Positions 56,758 to 64,000 of a stretch of 64,000 nucleotides of DNA are shown here, piece after piece. Within the stretch, counting starts at the first letter, position 1; every line of letters starts with the position of its first letter. Position numbers and translations under genes: made by a program. The notes under the pieces were generated by a model. That model was not told where the DNA came from. It worked only from the letters and a program-made list of their open reading frames with translations, and ran no database searches. Origin of the DNA: Flavobacteriaceae bacterium (lineage in GTDB: Bacteria; Bacteroidota; Bacteroidia; Flavobacteriales; Flavobacteriaceae); assembly GCA_018401115.1 (NCBI GenBank), contig JAGYKX010000007.1:314815-378814 (forward strand), given 5' to 3'.

Positions 56758-56865
56758 CACAATCTTTCTTCTTATATCTCATTCCTTCACACTAATAATT
56801 CAAAACATAGGGGTAGGTATTCAAATTTATCTGAGTCAGGTTGTAAATAAATAATATTTCTCACT
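56758..56865 (+). repeat. intergenic repeat, copy 3
   Basis: First ~50 nt match 52443 onward with 7 mismatches; remainder more diverged. Confidence 0.6.
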
Positions 56866-56887
56866 TCCGAATAACCTATTGGGTTGT

Positions 56888-57493
56888 TTATGAAACCTTT
56901 CTTTTAGTTTTTAGGTACTCTGAGTGAAGGAGTTCTTTGTTTCCGTTATCACACTTTTCAAACCAAGTTGAAATCCAATCCCCACCTCTTTTTTTGATGA
57001 AGAAATACTCTAAATATTCTTTATGTTCTTTGAATCTGTGATTGAGTTCCTTTTCATCGTAACCAATTCCTTCGTTGTTTGTAGATATCATATCAGTATC
57101 TGAAAACATCTCTCTGATTATTGGGTTATCCATTCTGAATGAAAGTGTGTAGTCATGACCAGACTTTGAAATATCTATAAGAACTACTGGTATAAGGTTC
57201 TTCATTTCTTTACTATCCTTATCCTTGTTTGATGGATGTAAATGAGAGTTGAACCCACTATTTGTGAGTCTATAAAAATCATTTGAGTCATTGATATTAT
57301 CAAAAAGTTCACCATTGACATCTCCTTTTACAATTCTACGAGTAACATCACTTGGAGGTATAACACCCCATTTAAAAATAATACAGTCAGGATAACTATT
57401 ATCATTTTCCCATTGGTCTTCACATGTGTATAGACCTACAATTTTAAACCCATATCTTTTTTCTACTTCTTTGATGTAATTACTTTTATTCAT
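56888..57493 (-). CDS. hypothetical protein
   Basis: 201-aa ORF in a tightly packed minus-strand run. Confidence 0.65.
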   Translation of the reverse strand: MNKSNYIKEVEKRYGFKIVGLYTCEDQWENDNSYPDCIIFKWGVIPPSDVTRRIVKGDVNGELFDNINDSNDFYRLTNSGFNSHLHPSNKDKDSKEMKNLIPVVLIDISKSGHDYTLSFRMDNPIIREMFSDTDMISTNNEGIGYDEKELNHRFKEHKEYLEYFFIKKRGGDWISTWFEKCDNGNKELLHSEYLKTKRKVS

Positions 57494-57680
57494 TTTGTAG
57501 TTTTTTAATTAATTCTTCTAAATATTCCTCATCTGTAAAAACCTTAAAAGGTATTGTGATAGATTCAAAAATTGATTCCACCACTATGGATGGAATAATA
57601 ATAAACAGTTGATGTATCATCATTGGTATTATTAACATCTTCAATTTTTGTTTGTGTTTTTCTAATTCATTTTCATTCAT
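57486..57680 (-). CDS. small hypothetical membrane protein
   Basis: 64 aa with hydrophobic core. Confidence 0.5.
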   Translation of the reverse strand: MNENELEKHKQKLKMLIIPMMIHQLFIIIPSIVVESIFESITIPFKVFTDEEYLEELIKKLQNE

Positions 57681-57684
57681 TTTT

Positions 57685-58113
57685 TTACATGTTTACAAAC
57701 CGGTTGGATTTAAATTTTATATTCTTGATTTCTATTTCTAATCTTGATACTCTTTCTATTAAATCCTCCATACTTTCAGAGTTTCTAAATGTTTGAAACT
57801 TATGGTCTTTAAGTCTTTCTCTTTCCCATTGATTTCTGAACTTAGACATGAGGTAACCAAACGAATCGTACATATAATTCCATTGGTCTAACAGTTCATA
57901 ATCTGATAGTGAGTAGTCAAGTTCATTAGTTAAACCATCACTAATTTTCTTGTCAGTTGAAAAGGGTAGAGATGAAAAGACCTCATCCAAATATGTAGAC
58001 GAGGTCTCTAATAATTTCTCTCTATTCTTCTTAGATAACTTATCATTACATTGAATGTAAAAGTTATACCCCTTGAACTTCTTTTTTGAAGGAGTTCCAT
58101 CGTATTTTTTCAT
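57685..58113 (-). CDS. hypothetical protein
   Basis: 142-aa ORF; ATGA overlap with the upstream gene. Confidence 0.6.
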   Translation of the reverse strand: MKKYDGTPSKKKFKGYNFYIQCNDKLSKKNREKLLETSSTYLDEVFSSLPFSTDKKISDGLTNELDYSLSDYELLDQWNYMYDSFGYLMSKFRNQWERERLKDHKFQTFRNSESMEDLIERVSRLEIEIKNIKFKSNRFVNM

Positions 58114-58622
58114 ATGTGGGTTACAGTTCCTTTTTCATACTCCCTCATGAACATAAACCCATTATAATTATCATCTACTATTAACCCTTGTTGAACTAAA
58201 AAGTAAATCCCATACATGATGTGGAACAATGTTTCTACAAAAAATCTATCTGAAAAATCAAGTTTAAGTTCATATGTTAAACCCTTATCTCTTGAGTTAA
58301 TGTTTTGAATTTTATTCCAATTCTCAATCCCTAATTCAAGATTATGTTTCACACTTCTAGTTAGAGATTTTAATCCATCTTTATATCCCTTTTCATTATT
58401 TAGAACTCCTTTTATCTCTTTTCTATAACACGATTGAACTTGATTAAAACATTTCATAAATTCTTCAATCATTTCTTTTCCATCAACATTTAATTCATTG
58501 ACTACTAAATTGAATCCCTCTTCTGTATTATCCTTATAATACATTCCAAACATTGTGGGTAATGAACTCTTCTTACCTTTTAGTTCATCTCTTTCTGATT
58601 TTCTTCTTTGTTGTCTTGTCAT
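58110..58622 (-). CDS. hypothetical protein (MTRQQRRK N-terminus)
   Basis: 170-aa ORF. Confidence 0.65.
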   Translation of the reverse strand: MTRQQRRKSERDELKGKKSSLPTMFGMYYKDNTEEGFNLVVNELNVDGKEMIEEFMKCFNQVQSCYRKEIKGVLNNEKGYKDGLKSLTRSVKHNLELGIENWNKIQNINSRDKGLTYELKLDFSDRFFVETLFHIMYGIYFLVQQGLIVDDNYNGFMFMREYEKGTVTHI

Positions 58623-58623
58623 C

Positions 58624-58995
58624 CTACTTAGATTTATAGATTATCTTTTCCTCTAAACCAACTCTCGAGGTAAGAATTTCTTTTATGAATAGATTAGTAT
58701 TTTCTAATGATATTAACTCTTCTAATATTTTAACTATGTTGTTAAGATTATCTATTCCATCTTTATCTAAAGTCAACCTATCTACTCTGTTCTTTATTTC
58801 ATTGTAAATCAAAGTCCAACTTTCATCTTTTATAAATTCCCTAATTAGAGGGTCTTCATAAAAACTTATTTCCTCGTCTTTTTCTTCATCGAAAAGAAAT
58901 GTGGTGTTAAATTCCTCTTTAAGTTCATTTACAGATTCAATTGTAAATTGTTTAAAATCAGTTATGATGTTTTCTAATTCTCCATTTGATTTCAT
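58624..58995 (-). CDS. hypothetical protein
   Basis: 123-aa ORF. Confidence 0.6.
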   Translation of the reverse strand: MKSNGELENIITDFKQFTIESVNELKEEFNTTFLFDEEKDEEISFYEDPLIREFIKDESWTLIYNEIKNRVDRLTLDKDGIDNLNNIVKILEELISLENTNLFIKEILTSRVGLEEKIIYKSK

Positions 58996-59099
58996 CTCCC
59001 AGTCTGAAGATATATTCTCACCATAATAAAGGTTGTTAAATCTCTTTTTCTATATAATTTCTTACTTGTTTTTCTTTTTGTTTTACTTCTAACTCTTTC

Positions 59100-59332
59100 T
59101 CATAAGTTTCCTTTTGTTATTACTATTATTTGTCCCCAATTCCAAGATGGTATATACCATTGAAATCCGTGTTTATCTAAAACTTGTTGGGTGATTTTGT
59201 TTTGAATGGATGAGGATTTTCCTGTCACAATTGTGAGTTCCGTTAGACCCTCTTTGATTGAGTTTTTTAGAACAAACTCTTCAACCAACGGAATGGATTG
59301 ATGGTGTTTCAACTGTGTAAATCTATTATCAT
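59100..59332 (-). CDS. stand-alone Smr-domain protein, 1-nt shift near the start
   Basis: MIIDLH(S)LKHHQSIPLVEEF...LTIVTGKS. Confidence 0.6.
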
Positions 59333-59366
59333 TTCATGTATTCAATCTTTTTAAATGTTTGAAAAG

Positions 59367-59398
59367 AAATACCCTCACCGTTTCTGATGAGGGTATTT
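59367..59398. terminator. intrinsic terminator
   Basis: AAATACCCTCA...TGAGGGTATTT hairpin. Confidence 0.7.
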
Positions 59399-59429
59399 TA
59401 CTAATTTAATGTTGAGGTCTAATTCAACC

Positions 59430-59789
59430 CTATTCTTTCCATTTACCTATCTTCATTTTTTTCCAAATTTCTGTATGATGTTTATCAACCTCGATTCTTA
59501 AATGAAATGGTTTTTCATTGAATGTGAAATTGAAGTTTACTCCATTTCCTTCAATTGAAGTTCCACCTGTGTAATCACCAAGTTTATCTTCAATTACATC
59601 TCTAATCTCATTCATTTCATCAAAAAATTCATCTGATGAATTGTAATTACTATAATCAATCTGATTATACGAGTTATCCTGATGTTCGATGAGTTGTTTT
59701 TTTTCTAATTCCCTCATTTGTTGTACCATTAAGGGTTTTGATTCTTTCATTTCATCTCTTTCTAATTTTCTTCTTTGTTGTCTTGTCAT
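59430..59789 (-). CDS. hypothetical protein (MTRQQRRK N-terminus)
   Basis: 119-aa ORF. Confidence 0.65.
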   Translation of the reverse strand: MTRQQRRKLERDEMKESKPLMVQQMRELEKKQLIEHQDNSYNQIDYSNYNSSDEFFDEMNEIRDVIEDKLGDYTGGTSIEGNGVNFNFTFNEKPFHLRIEVDKHHTEIWKKMKIGKWKE

Positions 59790-60284
59790 ATTTCTAATTT
59801 TTAAATTGTTTTACAATGGTTTTCCAACCTTTAATTTGTCATGTACTTCCATGACATACTTTATAAACCCATCACCTGGTTCTTGATTATCGAGAAGTAT
59901 TTTACCTTCATAACTGATTTGAACTCCGAAGAAATCTCTCATTCCCAAATTATATCCTTGAATGAAAAGTCATAATCTAATTCAAAGGATACTTTTTCAA
60001 CCTCACTTCTACAATTCAGGTAGAACATAAGAGGAACAAGTCGTTGGTCATCTCTTGTAAGTGATTTCTTTTTTCTTTTTTTCATAATTTTTAGACATAA
60101 AAAACCCCAAGAAATTTGGGGGTTTATGACCTCAACAAATTGAGGTTTTGTTGTTGTTAATTAGATTGTTTTGTATTCAACCCATTCAAATGATGTTATT
60201 TCTTTAAATACATCGTTTTTACTCCATTGTTCGACCTTTTTTATTTCAAAGATGTCAATTGAGTTATGTTTTCTTATTTTCTTT

Positions 60285-60917
60285 TCACTCCTTGATAGTT
60301 TCATAAACTTCACTTCTTAATTTTTTAACCTTATCTATTGTTGAAGGAGAACATTTCCTCATTTCCATAATTTCTCTAACGGTATAACCATTGTCTAAAT
60401 CCTTGATGATGTTCTGAGATTTAGGTTTCATGAGAAATTTTTCAGGTGAAATAGTAGTTCCAATCTTTCTTCCACTATATCTCTCAGGATAAAACTTTTT
60501 CGTTCTTTCTATCCCCTCTTTTCTACGACTATCTATCATAGATTTTTCAAATGATGACATAATCGACAATAAACTGACCATCATCTCAGAAAAACTATCA
60601 ATAGTTCCATCTTCATTGAAATTTTGAATATTTGGATTTCTACAAACTACTCTAATGTTGAGGTCTGTTAGTTCCTTATAGGTAGATAATACATCAATTG
60701 TATTTCTTCCAAGTCTATCAATCGAGTGGATGTGAAGTTCTTTAAGTTTTCCTTCATCTATGAGTTCCTTAATCTGTCTCCCTCTCGGTCTTTCCCAAAT
60801 CGGGATGGTTCCACTACACCGGTCTGAAAGAACATAGTCAAATCCCCTTTCAGTATTCTTTAATTGTCTTAAATCTGATTGGTCTTCGGTAGAAACTCTT
60901 GAATAAAACACCTTCAT
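60285..60917 (-). CDS. serine recombinase (resolvase/invertase family)
   Basis: YSRVST, SG....RP, SIDRLGRN, FEK.MI..R..EG and a C-terminal HTH. Confidence 0.92.
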   Translation of the reverse strand: MKVFYSRVSTEDQSDLRQLKNTERGFDYVLSDRCSGTIPIWERPRGRQIKELIDEGKLKELHIHSIDRLGRNTIDVLSTYKELTDLNIRVVCRNPNIQNFNEDGTIDSFSEMMVSLLSIMSSFEKSMIDSRRKEGIERTKKFYPERYSGRKIGTTISPEKFLMKPKSQNIIKDLDNGYTVREIMEMRKCSPSTIDKVKKLRSEVYETIKE

Positions 60918-61154
60918 AATGTTACTATTTTAGGTTGTTACTAATTATACTCTAATATAGTAATTTTTATTGAGATACACAAGTATTACAAATAAAAATA
61001 TGTTATCCTTTGGGGTATAGTCTAAATTAGTATCAACTTGGTGAGTGTGTCAAAGTTATAGAGGAAAACTTGGTAATGTCAGATAAAAAGAAAAACACCT
61101 ATTGTGAATGGTTACAGAGTGTTTCTCTTTTAATTATCTGAATAATCTATCAAT

Positions 61155-61502
61155 CTATCCTACCAATTCGTATTCTTTCTCCTTACTACTTAACATTGAT
61201 TCTAAAGTTTCTTTATCAGTCAACATTACCATCGTTCCACAATCTTTAACCATTTCCTTAAAACCTGGGAAATATTTAAACAAGGTTTGTTCTCTTTTAC
61301 CAATTTTTGATTTTGGAGGAATCTCTAATGGAATGAAAGGAACATCTTCTTCTAATTTATCAAAACCTATATACTCACAGAATGGTATTACCCCCTCTAG
61401 ATTCTGGTACTCAATGTGGTTATTATTATCATCCGTTTTTTCAAACAACAGATGAAACACAGTCATTTTAGTTGACCAACACTTTTCAAAAAATTCAACC
61501 AT
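61155..61502 (-). CDS. hypothetical protein
   Basis: 115-aa ORF, co-oriented with neighbours. Confidence 0.55.
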   Translation of the reverse strand: MVEFFEKCWSTKMTVFHLLFEKTDDNNNHIEYQNLEGVIPFCEYIGFDKLEEDVPFIPLEIPPKSKIGKREQTLFKYFPGFKEMVKDCGTMVMLTDKETLESMLSSKEKEYELVG

Positions 61503-61527
61503 TGTTTTACCATTATCTTTGAAAAAC

Positions 61528-62220
61528 TTATAAACCTCCCTTCTGAATCTTATTCTGAAATGATTTTTCCATTTCTATCAAATATTCTGGATGTTCCTTT
61601 TCCATTATACTCAAAGTATAACACGGTCTACAAGTATCAACACAAAACAATGTTCCATCACTATAAAGTTCCACTCTACTTTTCTCTCCATATTTATCTG
61701 TTTGAGTTGTAAAACCTTTCTCTTTACATTTTTTGACTTGAGAATCGTAAGAATCTTGACTGAGAAGAATATTTGATTCCACTCCATTATTTTTAAATTT
61801 ATTTCCCTCAATAACACCTTTTGGACATACATTTCCACCACTCAGTTGAGATGTAAACATTTTATATAATTCTAACTTATTCTCTTTTGATAGTTTTTCA
61901 AAATGTAATTGTTTCTTTCCTTTTGTTTGTTCCTTAAAATTCAAGTAGTCATTCCAAATAAGTGGATATTCAGATATATCTGTTTTTGAAAATGTAGTTT
62001 CTAATACACTTAGTAATACATTATTTAACAATTTCTGAATCCTTTCTGATTTATAATCATCGTTTGATTCTGTCCTTTTATTTAAATCCCCAACCATCAT
62101 TTTACTAAAACCTGACTCATTCCAATGTTCTAAAATATAGTTGATTAATGATTCTGTTTTTCTGAGTTTGAAACTCATTTCATCACCTTCTTTTCTTTTT
62201 ATCTTAATTTCTTGTGTCAT
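61528..62220 (-). CDS. hypothetical protein
   Basis: 230-aa ORF with CVDTCRPC near the C-terminus. Confidence 0.65.
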   Translation of the reverse strand: MTQEIKIKRKEGDEMSFKLRKTESLINYILEHWNESGFSKMMVGDLNKRTESNDDYKSERIQKLLNNVLLSVLETTFSKTDISEYPLIWNDYLNFKEQTKGKKQLHFEKLSKENKLELYKMFTSQLSGGNVCPKGVIEGNKFKNNGVESNILLSQDSYDSQVKKCKEKGFTTQTDKYGEKSRVELYSDGTLFCVDTCRPCYTLSIMEKEHPEYLIEMEKSFQNKIQKGGL

Positions 62221-62317
62221 AATCTAATTTTGAATTAATTATCTATTGAACTTGTCACTTCACATATAACCTCTGAGATAGTATTTTGATTTACCAAATC
62301 CTCTAGGTACTTCTTCT

Positions 62318-62919
62318 TTAACTTATCTGAAATTTCTTCCCAAACATCCCTACTGTATTTTTAAAACCTTCTTCAATTGAATTCGATTTGTAAATTGATT
62401 CAATCAACTTGTTTTGATTATAAGATAATTTACAAGGTTTGGGAATCACATTTATATGGATATGTGAATTGGAGTCTTTATGAACTCTAATATCAAATCC
62501 TGAAATTGGACAGAGTGGGTTGTCCTTTTCATACTTTGATAAATTTTCAATAAGATTTGTGTAGGTTGTTAACCCTAAACTCCATAAGAAAAACTTATTA
62601 CCCCCTGACCTATTTAAAACAGGAACATAAGTCATCATCATTGGTCTAATAAGTTTTCCTATTATCTGTTTTTGATAGATTTTTGTATTCTTAAATTATT
62701 TCCAAAATCCTCAATTGGGTCATTTTCTCCATAATTCATTGGGGAATGTATTGTCCCCTTTGTGGTGTGGTAAACATATCTCTCTATAAAGGGTGTTTCC
62801 ATAACCTTAAACGATTTTGGAACAATTCTTAATTGAACCGTTTCTCCTTTTTTAATCTTTAAATAACTCCATTCTCGTGTTGGAGTTTTCTCTTTCAGTA
62901 TCTCTTTAAATGATATCAT
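62318..62919 (-). CDS. phage gp32-like single-stranded DNA-binding protein, frameshift near 62665
   Basis: LRIVP...PFIE.Y.YH....SP...GENDPIEDF, then TYVPVL.R...FLW..G...Y and P..GFDI.V. Confidence 0.5.
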
Positions 62920-62930
62920 ATTTTACTTTT

Positions 62931-63896
62931 TTAACTTACTAACTTATATTCTTCTTTAGTTGATACCCTTTCTTTTGAAGTAGTCCTCTTTAGGGTTCTT
63001 GATTCATTTTTATTACTAAAACCTTTATAATCTTGACTACTTGAAACATTAATTATATCCTGAGATGGGGAATCAAAATCAACACCCATTAGTGATATGT
63101 TTTCTTTATCAATACCTTTAGAAACAGAGAGGTAGTCTTGTTTTAATTGACCAAACTCTTCTCTATCATCATAATACTGTTTTGTTCTTGTATGAAAGGT
63201 TTTATGATACTTGATGTATTGAGGGAGTATCCTTTTCTGATTGGTTAGAACCATATGGAGTGGAGTTATAAACTCATTACCATCTTCTCCGAATAATTCA
63301 CCTGTGATTCCCTTTTTATCAATCTCTAAAACAACCACTGGTAGATTATCTGTTCCACCTGTACATTGTCCCCAACCAACATAATTAAATACTTTATGTT
63401 CATCGGATTGAAGGAAATACAATTGATTCCTTCTTTCAGAGTAATTGTGATTTTTGTGATTACTAAGAAGTCCATGAACTCTAATTTGATTCCAATTTTT
63501 TGGAGATGTTAAATGGTAAATCTTATCCTCACTTCCATAGAGTTCAAACATTTTTGAATCTCTAACTTGTGATAATGGGACATTTCCCCACCCAATCCAT
63601 CTACTTGAGGGTATGTGTTGAACTTCCACAAACCTATTATCATTATCTAGACAGTTTCTATAATTTCGTGTACCATCTGTATTAATAATTCGGTCATTTG
63701 TATTAATTCTTCCATGTTGAATCCAATTAGAATGGATTTTCTTTGAAATATTCATTTTATCTAACCTTCTATCCAATCCCTTTTCCCAATTAGTTTGGTT
63801 TTTATGATTCTCTAAAAAATCCATCTCTGAGATAAAACCTCTTTCTATGACATTTTTTGTTTGGGTTTGTCTAAACCCTTTTCTTAAATAACTCAT
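62931..63896 (-). CDS. hypothetical protein with ADP-ribosyltransferase-like (Tpt1/KptA/DarT-type) domain
   Basis: IYHLTSPKNWNQIRVHGLLS...LYFL...PVVVLEID...ILPQYI. Confidence 0.5.
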   Translation of the reverse strand: MSYLRKGFRQTQTKNVIERGFISEMDFLENHKNQTNWEKGLDRRLDKMNISKKIHSNWIQHGRINTNDRIINTDGTRNYRNCLDNDNRFVEVQHIPSSRWIGWGNVPLSQVRDSKMFELYGSEDKIYHLTSPKNWNQIRVHGLLSNHKNHNYSERRNQLYFLQSDEHKVFNYVGWGQCTGGTDNLPVVVLEIDKKGITGELFGEDGNEFITPLHMVLTNQKRILPQYIKYHKTFHTRTKQYYDDREEFGQLKQDYLSVSKGIDKENISLMGVDFDSPSQDIINVSSSQDYKGFSNKNESRTLKRTTSKERVSTKEEYKLVS

Positions 63897-64000
63897 GTTT
63901 TAAACTTTTAAATTGTTTGAAATAAAAAGGGAGGTTATTAACCCCCCCTCTTCTTCTAATTATATAATCATTCATTACCCTTTGTAAACAAATGTTTTCT

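Larger units (their letters stand above)
44255..64000. mobile_element. tRNA-integrated genomic island or phage-related element, GpC-free; continues beyond the window
   Basis: att remnant, short repeated sites, excisionase-like gene, serine recombinase, defence cargo, abrupt AT enrichment and loss of GC dinucleotides. Confidence 0.9.

Noticed and set aside
44566..63896. Alternative genetic code (another codon read as Ala) to explain the alanine-free proteins
   Set aside because: Conserved Ala positions are filled by several different residues and codons, and GC is also missing across codon junctions and in non-coding DNA.
44255..64000. Low G+C content alone as the cause of missing GC
   Set aside because: CG, GG and CC remain readily visible, so composition cannot give zero GC over about 20 kb.

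Overview
Bases 1 to about 44,240 are ordinary chromosome from a Flavobacteriaceae-like bacterium. They carry OmpA, an AddB-like nuclease, tRNA-Ala(GGC), queD, recJ, rsmI, tdk, alr, asd, accC-accB-fabH-rpmF, pdxA, riboflavin synthase, transporters and peptidases, plus an isolated bacterial-gasdermin-like gene. From a 12-bp tRNA 3'-end remnant at 44243-44254 to the end of the window lies an AT-rich integrated element. It carries an excisionase-like HTH gene, a type I RM locus (hsdM-S-R), a DUF4917/SIR2-like gene, a secreted HNH protein, MORN-repeat, UDG-like, Smr, serine recombinase, gp32-like SSB and ART-fold genes. The main observation is that, reading by eye, I found no GC (GpC) dinucleotide anywhere after position 44226, a span of about 19.8 kb. 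Consequently none of the element's predicted proteins contains alanine, and even conserved motifs are rewritten (DEAH->DEVH, DPACGTGG->DPCCGTGG, YARVST->YSRVST). GATC is also nearly absent from the element. Many element genes are broken by 1-nt indels in homopolymers, which may be sequencing errors. All counts are manual and all family calls come from motif recognition, not database searches.
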